Positions 31,314 through 41,737 of a DNA stretch of 64,000 nucleotides are shown here, piece by piece (positions within the stretch are counted from its first letter, which is position 1; every line of letters starts with the position of its first letter). This DNA comes from Bacteroidota bacterium. Lineage in GTDB: Bacteria > Bacteroidota > Bacteroidia > Chitinophagales > CAIODY01. Location of the stretch: NCBI GenBank assembly GCA_046051225.1, contig JBJOOR010000001.1, forward strand, positions 39,584-103,583. The letters run 5' to 3'. A model generated the notes under the pieces. The model did no database searches, was not told the DNA's origin, and was given only the letters and a program-made list of their open reading frames with translations. Made by a program: the position numbers and the translations under genes.

Positions 31314-32009
31314 TTACAAAACATTAATTTTTTCAAATACTTGTTGCCAGTTTTTTGAAGAATTATATTGGTGTAAAATATCGGGTGTAATAATTGTTTC
31401 AAAATTATTAATTAAATAGGGTTGTGTTTTAGATTCAAATTTGGTTTGTTGCAATAGAATGGCATTAAGCACTGTGATACAACATATTTTAAAAATAGAA
31501 TCCTTTAGTATTTCAATATCAACTTTTTTCCAATCCGATACAGGAATAATTCCTTGTGAAATAATTAAACCTGAATCTTTTTCGGCAATAACAAAATGGG
31601 ATGATGCGCCAACAAAACTTGCATTTATTTCTTTTGCTTTTAGTATAGTTTTTATTCCAATTGAGCCTTTAAAGGCTGGTAATATTGAGTAGTGGGGGTT
31701 AATAAATTTGATGTTTGAAAACTGTTGTAAAGTTTCGGCATCAATTATTTTATGAAATGTGGTGATGATAATATCGGGTTTAAAATCAGCAATTGCATCT
31801 CTAAATGTTTGTGGTTGCTGCTGTGTGTAATCAACTATTTTATGGTCGATATTATTTTGCTTTGCAAAATTTATTGCTTTGCAATTTCTATCAGCTAACA
31901 CACCACATATTGATACATCAACTTGTAGCTGCTGCAATGCATAATGTATAAATTGCATAGTACCGCCGCCGCCTGATGCTAAAAATAATATGTTCAATTT
32001 TTTGTTCAA
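31314..32009 (-). CDS. Formyltransferase-family protein (PurN / sugar N-formyltransferase-like)
   Basis: 231 aa. FINPHYSILPAFKG aligns with PurN LLNIHPSLLPKYPG (Asn and His kept). HFVIAEKDSG aligns with HFVTDELDGG (Asp kept). Confidence 0.7.
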   Translation of the reverse strand: MNKKLNILFLASGGGGTMQFIHYALQQLQVDVSICGVLADRNCKAINFAKQNNIDHKIVDYTQQQPQTFRDAIADFKPDIIITTFHKIIDAETLQQFSNIKFINPHYSILPAFKGSIGIKTILKAKEINASFVGASSHFVIAEKDSGLIISQGIIPVSDWKKVDIEILKDSIFKICCITVLNAILLQQTKFESKTQPYLINNFETIITPDILHQYNSSKNWQQVFEKINVL

Positions 32010-32695
32010 TTTTTTTTAAAGCTATAAACAAAAATAATATTAATAAAATGTTTTGTTAGCTTATAGATTGAATAGCTGCTTTTATTTGTATTATCTACTG
32101 AATGATGCACAATAATGCTGCTTATTTTTTGTGTGTTTAAAAAAATCATTCCATCAATAAATGGATAATTAATTTTAGTTGAAATAATTTTTTTAGCTGT
32201 TTCAAATTTAATTAATCTATACGATGTATAATGCCAATAAAAATTAGGAATGCATATTTTAAAAATTAGTTTTGAAAAAAATGATGTGGCATTTCGAAGC
32301 AACGAATGACTTCGTTTTTTATATGAACCATACATCACATCGGCATTTAAACTTTGCTGTTGCTTAATCATTTGTTCAAAATGGTTGGGGTTGTGTTGCC
32401 CATCTTCATCAATAGTAAAAATAAAGTTGCCTGTGGCTATTTTTAATCCTTCAATTGTGGCAGCATGTTGCCCAATATTTTTTGGCAATAAAACAGCCGT
32501 AATTTTATTTGTATATTTTAATTTAAGCTGTTGGATAGTTTGCCAAGAATTATCTATTGGTGTATCAGCCACAAAAATTATTTCAAAAGCATAAGAACTT
32601 TTTAAAAAAAATGATACTATATCTTCTGTTAGTTTAGAGATATACTTTTCTGATCTATAGATTGGAATTACTACTGAATACTTTATGTCATTCAC
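32006..32695 (-). CDS. Family 2 glycosyltransferase (ArnC-like catalytic domain, no TM tail)
   Basis: 229 aa. YSVVIPIYRSE, IFVADTPIDNSW, IDEDGQH. Confidence 0.8.
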   Translation of the reverse strand: MNDIKYSVVIPIYRSEKYISKLTEDIVSFFLKSSYAFEIIFVADTPIDNSWQTIQQLKLKYTNKITAVLLPKNIGQHAATIEGLKIATGNFIFTIDEDGQHNPNHFEQMIKQQQSLNADVMYGSYKKRSHSLLRNATSFFSKLIFKICIPNFYWHYTSYRLIKFETAKKIISTKINYPFIDGMIFLNTQKISSIIVHHSVDNTNKSSYSIYKLTKHFINIIFVYSFKKN

Positions 32696-32698
32696 CTA

Positions 32699-33400
32699 TT
32701 AATTTTTTGTATTAAATGACTTCATGTATTTAGTAGCATTGGCTCCAGTATTAAATATCAAATCTAAAATGGTTACACCATGCTGAAATCCGCCGTGCAG
32801 TTGAGTATATTCTGGATAGCCACTATAATCAAAATAATGAACGTTAATGTTTTTATCCGTAAATTTCGATTCATCCATATAAGCCTTTGCAGCTGCACCA
32901 CTGTAATAATCCGTAGCATTACATTCAACACATATATCCACCAATCGTTGTGTTTTCTCTTCATGTAATACAAATTTTTCGCTTCTGTTAATGGGTGTTT
33001 TTATGACTAAAAAATCCATTATTCGTTGTAAAAATGCCTGATTCAATTCGGTCAATAATTCAAAGTTATTATTCAAATATAATTCTTCAAATGCATCTTT
33101 GGTTTCGTTAAAACAAGGTGCTTTTGCATAATTTTGTTTCAGCATATTCCAATGCTGCTGCCCCCAAGTTTTATCACTTATTTTGGTTTCGTTTATTTTT
33201 TGAAAATATTTACCACTTACTTCTACAGGTATGCTTAACCACACTAAACCTTGTGGTGTTTTAATTTGATTTCGGTTTCGCCAATCACGTTTGGTATATT
33301 GCATATCATCATAAATCACAAATTCGTCGGCTATATTAATTCCATCAAAATATCCCTTCCAAGGAATATAATTAGATTGTGTGATGACTATATTTTTCAA
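32699..33400 (-). CDS. WbqC-family protein
   Basis: 233 aa. The N-terminus ITQSNYIPWKGYFD is the hallmark of the WbqC-like family seen in O-antigen clusters. Confidence 0.7.
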   Translation of the reverse strand: MKNIVITQSNYIPWKGYFDGINIADEFVIYDDMQYTKRDWRNRNQIKTPQGLVWLSIPVEVSGKYFQKINETKISDKTWGQQHWNMLKQNYAKAPCFNETKDAFEELYLNNNFELLTELNQAFLQRIMDFLVIKTPINRSEKFVLHEEKTQRLVDICVECNATDYYSGAAAKAYMDESKFTDKNINVHYFDYSGYPEYTQLHGGFQHGVTILDLIFNTGANATKYMKSFNTKN

Positions 33401-33423
33401 TTGATTGTTTTATTTTAAACTAA

Positions 33424-33453
33424 AACACCTCACAGGTTTATCTATGAGGTGTT
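33424..33453 (-). terminator. Terminator after the respiratory cluster
   Basis: 9-bp stem aacacctca / tgaggtgtt. On the minus strand it is followed by TTTTAGTTT. Confidence 0.5.
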
Positions 33454-33481
33454 TACTATTTTAGTATTAATAAATTAATTT

Positions 33482-33856
33482 TTATTTATGTTCTACAGTT
33501 GCAACATGTTCAACCTCAGCACCTTTAGGCATTGGCTTGTTCATCATTCGTTTCCAACTATTACCTTCCATAGCTAATGCCGTAATTAGCCATATTAAAA
33601 GCATTGTTGGTAAGCCAACAGTTCGAATTAAATTTTTTACTTCGTATTTCATGTGCATAAATTCTGAAATGATGTATCCAGCTTTCATGATAGATAAAAC
33701 CGCATATAATAAATTTGAAACCAACTTGCCGCAATATTGTGATAAGAAGATGGCAAAAATAATTTCTCCTATTGTAATCACTAATAAAATCCAAAATGTT
33801 TTCCAGATTTTTTTTGGTGTTGAACCTTCTTCGTGTGTATGTGTATCGTTAGACAT
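33482..33856 (-). CDS. Cytochrome c oxidase subunit IV-like small membrane protein
   Basis: 124 aa, three TM helices, position directly after the subunit III genes. Confidence 0.6.
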   Translation of the reverse strand: MSNDTHTHEEGSTPKKIWKTFWILLVITIGEIIFAIFLSQYCGKLVSNLLYAVLSIMKAGYIISEFMHMKYEVKNLIRTVGLPTMLLIWLITALAMEGNSWKRMMNKPMPKGAEVEHVATVEHK

Positions 33857-33979
33857 GTTTATTTTATTAAGTTAATCGTTATTAATTTGTTTTTTATTAG
33901 TAGGTTTATTTTTATTGATTGCTGTTTGAGTTGTTTGGATTCCTAATAACTGAATAACAAATAACCCAATAATTTTTAT

Positions 33980-34669
33980 TTACAAAAGATAGAAACATAA
34001 GAATACGAATACCCAAACTAAATCTACAAAATGCCAATACAAACCTACTTTTTCTACCATTTCATAATCACCTTTTCTATCGTAAACACCTTTTGATACA
34101 GCAATAGTTAAAAGGATATTTATTATCACACCCGAGAATACGTGAAAACCGTGAAAACCTGTAATTACAAAAAATAATTGCCCAAATTGAGCTGGACCGT
34201 GAGATTCAGCACCATTTACTAAAGGACCAAAAAAGTTAGATGTTAATCTTGTATGTTCATCAACTATTAAATGTGTCCATTCCCAAGCTTGACAACTTAA
34301 AAAAGCAAAACCACCGATAATTGTTGGAATCATCCACATTACTACTTTGTTTCTATTGCCCCTATGCCCTTCATACACGGCCAATACCATTGTTACCGAA
34401 CTCATGATAAGGATAAAAGTCATTAAACTTACAAACATTAATGGCAAGTTTTTTTCGCCCATAAATGGAAACGATTTAAATACATGCTGTGGATTGGGCC
34501 ACCATGGGCTCATCATTCTTATAGTGCCATAAGCTACTAACAATGCAGAGAAAGTGAACGCATCACTTACTAAAAAATACCACATCATTAATTTTCCCCA
34601 ACGCACATTAAATGGTGAGGTACCACCACCCCAAACGCTTGATTTTTCTGTTGTTGCTTTTGAACTCAT
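33980..34669 (-). CDS. Cytochrome c oxidase subunit III
   Basis: 229 aa. GFHGFHVFSGV, YWHFVDLVWVFVF. Confidence 0.85.
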   Translation of the reverse strand: MSSKATTEKSSVWGGGTSPFNVRWGKLMMWYFLVSDAFTFSALLVAYGTIRMMSPWWPNPQHVFKSFPFMGEKNLPLMFVSLMTFILIMSSVTMVLAVYEGHRGNRNKVVMWMIPTIIGGFAFLSCQAWEWTHLIVDEHTRLTSNFFGPLVNGAESHGPAQFGQLFFVITGFHGFHVFSGVIINILLTIAVSKGVYDRKGDYEMVEKVGLYWHFVDLVWVFVFLCFYLL

Positions 34670-34696
34670 CTTTTTTTATTTTCGATTTTATTTTTT

Positions 34697-34765
34697 TAGA
34701 ACACTTATTAAACTGATTTTGAAGTCTGTGAAAATCTTTTCAATCCATTCAATCGGTGTGCTATT
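34697..34765 (+). repeat. Dispersed intergenic repeat, short copy (family TAGAACAC...TGATTTT...GAAAATC...AATCC...GTGTGCTATT)
   Basis: Shares ordered blocks with 47171-47263 in the same orientation. Lies in the spacer between the two subunit III genes. Confidence 0.55.
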
Positions 34766-34815
34766 TTTTTAGTTTTCAAATTCTTTTCTTTATGTTCTTC
34801 GTGCCTTTGTAAGCA

Positions 34816-35412
34816 TCAAAAAAACAAAAGCATAGCAAATAAATACAACCATAAGAAATCTACAAAATGCCAATAAGTAGAAATCAATTCTATCCCCAAT
34901 TTGCTTTGCACATTAGTTTTACGAACAAATGCTTTTAATGTCATCCAATACATTGATATTAATCCGCCTAATATGTGCAATGCATGTGCACCCGAAATAA
35001 TGTAAAAAAACGAACCACTTGGATTTGATAAACTTCCGCCTACATATATTCCAATACTTACTAAGCCTTTCCATCCTAAGTATTGCATCACTAAAAATGC
35101 TGTTCCTAATATCGAACTAATGAGTATTGCAATTTGATACTTCGTTTTATCGCCCTTTAAAAAATATTTTTTTGCTAAAAACAAAGTTACGCTACTTAAA
35201 ATAATAATTGCTGTACTATAATAAAATGGCATAGGTACCTTAAATGGAAGCCAATGTCCGTTTGCTATATCAGCTCCTTTTTTTACAATAAATGCGCTTG
35301 TAATACCAATAAAAAACATACAAATACTTGCAATGGCTGCCCATAATGCAAATTTTTTAGGATTAATTTTATAATCCTTAATGCTTGGTTTGTATGTAGT
35401 TGTTGTTGTCAA
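34816..35412 (-). CDS. Cytochrome c oxidase subunit III-like protein (second copy)
   Basis: 198 aa. GAHALHILGG, STYWHFVDFLWLYLF. Confidence 0.75.
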   Translation of the reverse strand: MTTTTTYKPSIKDYKINPKKFALWAAIASICMFFIGITSAFIVKKGADIANGHWLPFKVPMPFYYSTAIIILSSVTLFLAKKYFLKGDKTKYQIAILISSILGTAFLVMQYLGWKGLVSIGIYVGGSLSNPSGSFFYIISGAHALHILGGLISMYWMTLKAFVRKTNVQSKLGIELISTYWHFVDFLWLYLFAMLLFF

Positions 35413-35559
35413 TTTTTATTTTCATTTTTTGCCATAAATGCACAAATACTTCAGTTTAGTTTCTTCGTTATCATTCAAAATAGCAGGTTCAAATAGCTAC
35501 CAATGAGTGGTACGAAGCATATCCGTTCTTCTCAAAATCTTAATACTCACATCTAATGT

Positions 35560-36447
35560 CTAAATTTTTCCAATTATCAAAGCTAGTAATACTATCGGTA
35601 AATAAACAAACGACCCAAACATCAATCCTCTTGCTGATTTAGTATCTAATTTCACAAATAATATGATGGCTTGAATTAACATCATTAAGCCACAAAGAAC
35701 ATTAATAATTAATGTACTGTTGTTACACCAACCAAAATAAGTAGGGGCAATACCTACTGGAATTAACATGGCGGCATATAACAAACTGAACGATGCTGTT
35801 ACTCTATCTTTTCCACCACTTGATGGCAACATTTTATAACCAGCTTTTTGATAATCTTCATCAATCACCCATGCAATTGCCCAATAATGTGGAAATTGCC
35901 ATAGAAACTGAATACCAAACATTAGCCAAGCTAATGCATCTAATTTTCCTGAAGCTGCCACTACTCCAATCATAGGTGGTAATGCGCCTGGAATTGCACC
36001 CACCCAAACTGAAATGGGCGAAATTCGTTTCATTGGTGTATAAATAAACGCATAGCTCAATAATGATAAAGCGCCTAATATGCCACAAATATTATTGCAA
36101 TAAAACCATAGTATCATTACACCGCCAACACCTGCAAAACCTGCTGCCACCATGGCTTCCATCAAACTCATTCGTTCAGATGCTAAGGGACGATTAGCCG
36201 TTCTGTCCATCAAAGCATCAAAATTTCTTTCTAAAATTTGATTGATTGCATTTGAAGATGCTGTTACTAAAAATCCGCCAACCAATAAACTTAAGAACTT
36301 GAATAAATTAAATGATCCTTGAAATGCAATACCATAACCAGCCGCAGCACTCATGATAATAAATGATGTGAGCTTGAATTTAGCTAAAACACCATAATCA
36401 TAAATTTTGCTTACGATTGGATTTGATATGGATATTGTTTTTGTCAA
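35560..36447 (-). CDS. cyoE: Protoheme IX farnesyltransferase (heme O synthase)
   Basis: 295 aa UbiA-family protein. NQILERNFDALMDRTANRPL, WQFPHYWAIAW. Confidence 0.9.
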   Translation of the reverse strand: MTKTISISNPIVSKIYDYGVLAKFKLTSFIIMSAAAGYGIAFQGSFNLFKFLSLLVGGFLVTASSNAINQILERNFDALMDRTANRPLASERMSLMEAMVAAGFAGVGGVMILWFYCNNICGILGALSLLSYAFIYTPMKRISPISVWVGAIPGALPPMIGVVAASGKLDALAWLMFGIQFLWQFPHYWAIAWVIDEDYQKAGYKMLPSSGGKDRVTASFSLLYAAMLIPVGIAPTYFGWCNNSTLIINVLCGLMMLIQAIILFVKLDTKSARGLMFGSFVYLPIVLLALIIGKI

Positions 36448-36548
36448 TTTCTATTTTATAATTTATTTGAACTACTAAAACACTATGAACACGAATCAAC
36501 ACTTAGTTTTTTGTATTTATTTAATAACAAGGTAACTAATAATTTTTC

Positions 36549-38378
36549 CTAAATCACTTCCTCTCCTGGTTTTGCAGGTGTGGTTTGTGAAATAAATCCT
36601 TCTCCATTTTCTTTACTATAATCATAAGGCCAACGGTATACTGTTGGAATATCCCCAGGCCAGTTGCCATGAATAGGTTCAATTGGCGTTGTCCATTCTA
36701 ATGTAGTTGCCTCCCAAGGATTCATTTCTGTAACTTTTCTACCCTTATACATACTATAGAAAAAGTTGATGATGAAAAATATTTGCATCAAAAAAACAAT
36801 AACAGCTACGGTTGAAATAAATTTACTTAAATCACCCATGTGGTTAAATGTTTCATAGCTACTATGTGTATAATACCAACGTGGCAAACCAGCCATACCT
36901 TGATAATGCATAGGCCAAAAAATCAAATAACTACCAATAAATGTTACCCAGAAATGTATATATCCCAAAGTATTGTTCATATATCTGCCAAACATTTTTG
37001 GATACCAATGATATACACCACAGAATAAGCCAAAGAAAGCGGCAACACCCATTACTATATGAAAATGTGCGACTACAAAATAGGTTTTTGTTAGCTCAAT
37101 ATCAACAGTTGAATTACCTAAAAACAAACCTGTTAAACCGCCACTAATGAACAAGCTTACAAATCCAATAGCAAACATTGATTGCGGTGTAAATCTTAAA
37201 CTTCCTTTCCAAATTGTAGCAATCCAATTAAATACTTTTACAGCAGATGGAACAGCGATAATTAATGTTAAAACTACAAATATTGATCCTACAAATGGAT
37301 TCATACCCGACACAAACATGTGATGTGCCCATACTACAAATGATAACCCTCCAATTGCTAACATAGAACCTATCATAGCTTTATAGCCAAAAATTGGTTT
37401 ACGTGTACTTATACTTAATACTTCCGAAACTAATCCCATGGCCGGAAGAATTACAATATATACTTCAGGGTGACCTAAAAACCAGAATAAATGTTGAAAC
37501 AAAATTGATGACCCACCTGTTTGTTCAACCATTGCATGGCCATTAATATAAATTTCATTTAAATAAAATGATGTGCCAAGGCTTCTATCAAAAATTAATA
37601 ATAATGCCGCACTCAACAAAACTGGAAATGATAATATCCCTAAAATAGCTGTTAATAAAAATGACCAAATAGTTAATGGCAAACGAGTCATACTCATTCC
37701 CTTTGTTCTTAAATTCAAAATAGTTGCTACATAATTTAAGCCGCCCAACAAAGCAGATACAATAAATAAAGCAATGCTAATTAACCACAAAGATTGACCA
37801 GTACCTGAACCTTTTACTGCTTCGGGTAAGGCGCTTAGTGGTGGATAAACTGTCCAACCTGCAGATGCAGGACCAGACTGAACAAAGTATGATGAGAACA
37901 TTACGATACTTGATATTACAAACATCCAATAGCTTAGCATATTAAGCGATGGTGCAGCCATATCTCTTGCTCCTATTTGCAATGGAATTAAAAAATTAGA
38001 AAACGTACCACTTAGTCCACCCGTTAGTACAAAAAATACCATAATGGTACCATGCATAGTAACCAGAGCCAAATAGTATTGAGGGTCGATTTTACCATCA
38101 GGTGCAAAATTACCTAATAATGAATGCAGGAATCCAAAATGTTCATCTGGATAACCCAATTGAATACGGAATAATGCACTCATTAATCCACCTACAATTG
38201 CCCAAAAAATACCCGTTACCAAAAACTGTTTGGCAATCATTTTATGATCTTGCGAAAAAATGTAGGTAGAGAAAAAAGTATCTTTGTGGTCATGACCATT
38301 ATGGTCTTCATGATGGTGTTCATGCCATTCGGCTGCATGATAAATAGACTCTTCTGATACGTGATTTGTTGATGACAT
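36549..38378 (-). CDS. ctaD: Cytochrome c oxidase subunit I
   Basis: 609 aa. WFLGHPEVYIVILP, VWAHHMF, HFHIVMG heme/CuB ligand motifs. Confidence 0.95.
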   Translation of the reverse strand: MSSTNHVSEESIYHAAEWHEHHHEDHNGHDHKDTFFSTYIFSQDHKMIAKQFLVTGIFWAIVGGLMSALFRIQLGYPDEHFGFLHSLLGNFAPDGKIDPQYYLALVTMHGTIMVFFVLTGGLSGTFSNFLIPLQIGARDMAAPSLNMLSYWMFVISSIVMFSSYFVQSGPASAGWTVYPPLSALPEAVKGSGTGQSLWLISIALFIVSALLGGLNYVATILNLRTKGMSMTRLPLTIWSFLLTAILGILSFPVLLSAALLLIFDRSLGTSFYLNEIYINGHAMVEQTGGSSILFQHLFWFLGHPEVYIVILPAMGLVSEVLSISTRKPIFGYKAMIGSMLAIGGLSFVVWAHHMFVSGMNPFVGSIFVVLTLIIAVPSAVKVFNWIATIWKGSLRFTPQSMFAIGFVSLFISGGLTGLFLGNSTVDIELTKTYFVVAHFHIVMGVAAFFGLFCGVYHWYPKMFGRYMNNTLGYIHFWVTFIGSYLIFWPMHYQGMAGLPRWYYTHSSYETFNHMGDLSKFISTVAVIVFLMQIFFIINFFYSMYKGRKVTEMNPWEATTLEWTTPIEPIHGNWPGDIPTVYRWPYDYSKENGEGFISQTTPAKPGEEVI

Positions 38379-38495
38379 TTTTGTTATCTATTATTCGTTT
38401 TATTAATTCTGTTTAGTTCCTTTGTTTGAATCAGCATGAAAGCCTATTAATTGACCTTGTACCACGATTTTCCAAACATTCAAAGTAAAATATAC

Positions 38496-39530
38496 TTATT
38501 TTTTATTTTCCTTTTTTTCCTCTTTTGTAGAAATAATGGCTTCGGCTATTGCAGGTGCAGCAGCAGGACGCATTGTTTCATAATAGGGCTTTTGGTCTTT
38601 TATCCAAGCATCAAATTCGGCTTGTGTTTGTACAACTACTGCCATTTTCATTGCGTAATGACTTTGACCACAAATTTGAGCACAAGCTAATTCAAAATTA
38701 AATTTTGGATTACCAACTACCTTTCTCATTTCTTCGGTAGTGTATTTTGGTGTGAACCAAAATGTAGTTGGAATGCCTGGTACTGCATCTAATTTTACAC
38801 GAAAATGCGGTAAATCAAAGTTGTGCATTACATCCCGTGAATTGATAATAATTTTTACTGGTTTACCAACTACAAAATGCAAATCAGTTGGAATAACATC
38901 ATCATAAGATGCAGGGTCTGTTGTATCCATTCCAATAATATTATTATCATTTATAAGTGTAAAATTCTTATAGCCCAACTTACCATCTAAACCTGGATAA
39001 CGGGCAATCCAATTAAATTGCTTTCCTGTAACTTCAATCACCATGGCATCTTTAGGGGCAGGGCTTGTTATTTTATACCAATAAAATAAACCAGACACAA
39101 CTAGTACTGTCATAAAAATGGCAGGAATAATTGTCCACCACATTTCTAACTTATGATTTTCAGGATAATACAAGGCTTTTGAACCTTCTTTTTCACGATA
39201 GATATATACAAACACAAATAAAGCAACATGAGTAAGTACAAAAACTATCCCTGTAATAGTTAATGAAATGTTGAATAGATTATCAATCCAAACGCCATGA
39301 ATAGAAGCCGATTCGGGAAGGAAATGGCTTTTAAAATGCATGACTGACCAAATTATACCTAAGAAAAAAGCAGGTAGAAAGAACAGCATCATCAATGCTA
39401 AAATTTTAGTGGTATCTTTTCTAGATTGAGCAAAACCTTTCAGTACGCTTACCATTTCACTGGTTTTTGCTACTTGAAATACTATGCTTATCAAGAATAC
39501 TACAATACCTAGGATTAAAAACGTTGTCAT
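38496..39530 (-). CDS. coxB: Cytochrome c oxidase subunit II (CuA; no fused cytochrome c domain)
   Basis: 344 aa. DVMHNFDLP and CAQICGQSHYAM CuA site. No CxxCH motif in the protein. Confidence 0.9.
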   Translation of the reverse strand: MTTFLILGIVVFLISIVFQVAKTSEMVSVLKGFAQSRKDTTKILALMMLFFLPAFFLGIIWSVMHFKSHFLPESASIHGVWIDNLFNISLTITGIVFVLTHVALFVFVYIYREKEGSKALYYPENHKLEMWWTIIPAIFMTVLVVSGLFYWYKITSPAPKDAMVIEVTGKQFNWIARYPGLDGKLGYKNFTLINDNNIIGMDTTDPASYDDVIPTDLHFVVGKPVKIIINSRDVMHNFDLPHFRVKLDAVPGIPTTFWFTPKYTTEEMRKVVGNPKFNFELACAQICGQSHYAMKMAVVVQTQAEFDAWIKDQKPYYETMRPAAAPAIAEAIISTKEEKKENKK

Positions 39531-39538
39531 TATTTTTC

Positions 39539-39565
39539 GTTAATAGTTATATGTTATTGTTAATC
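39539..39565. repeat. Tandem GTTAWWN 6-7-mers in the coxB leader
   Basis: GTTAATA GTTATAT GTTATT GTTAATC, 9-35 nt upstream (in operon sense) of the coxB ATG at 39530. Confidence 0.6.
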
Positions 39566-39629
39566 GTTGTTTATTTGCCACAAAGGCATAAATCATATAT
39601 TTGTTGCTAAAATATTAATCTAATTAGAA

Positions 39630-40853
39630 CTATACATGATGGTTTAAACTTTCTGTTAAATATGGATGATTTTTAGGAACTAATGGTGCTTTTTCAAGTT
39701 GTGTAAAAGTTCTCCAAAGAATTAATCCTACAAAGAAAATTGGCAGCCCGATTTCTTGCATTCCAATTGTCCAATTATTACCAATAGTTCCAGGCATAAT
39801 CATTTGATAATAATCTACCCAATGACCTATAATAATAACTGCTGCCATAAAAATTAATATATTTTTATTTCTCTTGTTAGTATTTTTCATCAGTACTAAA
39901 ATTGGTGTTACAAAGTTCATTAATAAGTTTAAGAAAAATAACACTTTGTAATGATCCATACGTTGACGGAAATAAACTGTTTCTTCAGGATTATTTGAAT
40001 ACCAAATCAACATATATTGAGAGTACCATAGGTATGTCCAAAATATTGAAAAAGCAAACATAAATTTACCTAAATCATGAATATGCTCATCAGTTACACT
40101 TTTTAAATAACCATTATTTCTAAGGTATTGAATAATCAACATCATTAATGAAAGCCCACTCACTAAAGCACTTACAAAACAATACCAACCGTACATAGTT
40201 GAATACCATTTAGCATCTATACTCATTAGCCAATCCCAAGATGATGTAGAAACAGTAACTGCAAAAAATACTAAAAATACGCCAGCAAACCAACGGCTTT
40301 TGCGGTAATTTTTTAACGACCCTGCTGGTGATGCATCTTCTTGTAGTGAGTATTTTCGAAATTGAATAGCACACAAACTCCAAACTGTTAAATAAATTAC
40401 AATTCGAAGCATATAAAATGGTACATTTAAATAGCCAGTTTTATCGCTTAATATTTCTCTGGTTTCAGCATTTTTAATAGCTGGAATATCTAACCAAATA
40501 AAAATATCATTTCGTTTACCTAATACAATGTAAGCAATCAATAGAAATAGGAACGTAGCTAGAATAGGCACATTTTGGCTAATCGCTTCAGGAATTCTTT
40601 TAATCAAAACACTCCATCCAGCATTTGCCATATAATTAATGGCTATAAAAAATACACTAATTAAAGTTATTAGTAAAAAGAATATGCCATTTTGTAGCAT
40701 TACAGCCAATGTTCTAGTACTATTATGGTCGATAAATGAACCAACAATAAAAGCAAGTAAACCCAAGCCCATAAGACCAAAGGTTATTTTTTTTAGCTTT
40801 TCAGGAAATACAAATTGTTCGTTTAAATCTACTTCTGTGTTGTGATGTCCCAT
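39630..40853 (-). CDS. actF: Alternative complex III subunit ActF (NrfD-like membrane subunit 2)
   Basis: 407 aa polytopic protein, last in act gene order. Confidence 0.75.
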   Translation of the reverse strand: MGHHNTEVDLNEQFVFPEKLKKITFGLMGLGLLAFIVGSFIDHNSTRTLAVMLQNGIFFLLITLISVFFIAINYMANAGWSVLIKRIPEAISQNVPILATFLFLLIAYIVLGKRNDIFIWLDIPAIKNAETREILSDKTGYLNVPFYMLRIVIYLTVWSLCAIQFRKYSLQEDASPAGSLKNYRKSRWFAGVFLVFFAVTVSTSSWDWLMSIDAKWYSTMYGWYCFVSALVSGLSLMMLIIQYLRNNGYLKSVTDEHIHDLGKFMFAFSIFWTYLWYSQYMLIWYSNNPEETVYFRQRMDHYKVLFFLNLLMNFVTPILVLMKNTNKRNKNILIFMAAVIIIGHWVDYYQMIMPGTIGNNWTIGMQEIGLPIFFVGLILWRTFTQLEKAPLVPKNHPYLTESLNHHV

Positions 40854-40981
40854 TTAATATTATATTTTTTTGCTTCTGTTTATTTGTTCTCACAAATGGA
40901 CTTCCAAAATTTTAGAAGACGCAAAGTGTTTTTATATTGAATTAAGAATTAAATGCTAAGAAAAATTGTAATATTTTATAA

Positions 40982-41662
40982 TTAACTTTTCTTTTCTTCT
41001 TTTTTCGTTGTTGAATTTTTTGCTATATAATCAGCTTGCATTTGTTTTATATACATAATTACTTTCCAACGTTCATTAGGATTCAATTGTGATGCATAGC
41101 TTCCCATTGAATTTCTGCCGTATTGTGTAATATAAAACATGTGTCCTTCCGTAATGGCTAAATTTGCATCAGTATAGTAACTAAACAATGGCCCCATTGG
41201 AAATGCATGGTTATTAGCCAAAGTAACTGTTCCATCGGCATTACCTTCAGCACCATGACATGGCGAACAATAAATAGTGAATAAGCGTTTACCTTCAGCT
41301 AAATTAACTTGTGTTTTTTCTAATGGATTCAAATCAGCATCACTTGCTTTTTCGCCTGCTTCATCTTTTTCATGATGATATGGCTTGTAAGATGTGGTAT
41401 TATCGTAATCTTCATTTTTAAATGGCAACATGCCTTGTGCTGTAGGCACTGTTCCTTTAACTGGTTGCAACGCACTAAATTTATTACTTGTGCGATTGGC
41501 ATTAATATCAGGATTCTTACTTTCGTCATAAGTTTCTACCGATACTGCATGCGCCATATCGGGCATGTATTCTAAGCCTGGTTTTTTTGCATCACGAAAA
41601 CAAGATGTGATGGTTAATGCACTAAATGCTGCACCAATAATTAGTAAGCTATTTCTTTTCAT
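40982..41662 (-). CDS. actE: Alternative complex III monoheme cytochrome c lipoprotein ActE
   Basis: 226 aa. Lipobox LTITSC and a single CSPCHG. Confidence 0.8.
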   Translation of the reverse strand: MKRNSLLIIGAAFSALTITSCFRDAKKPGLEYMPDMAHAVSVETYDESKNPDINANRTSNKFSALQPVKGTVPTAQGMLPFKNEDYDNTTSYKPYHHEKDEAGEKASDADLNPLEKTQVNLAEGKRLFTIYCSPCHGAEGNADGTVTLANNHAFPMGPLFSYYTDANLAITEGHMFYITQYGRNSMGSYASQLNPNERWKVIMYIKQMQADYIAKNSTTKKEEKKS

Positions 41663-41737
41663 TTATTTGATTTTGCTTTTGTTAATCGTTAATCGGAAAT
41701 AATTTTAATAACCAATAACAAGTAACTATTGACTTGT

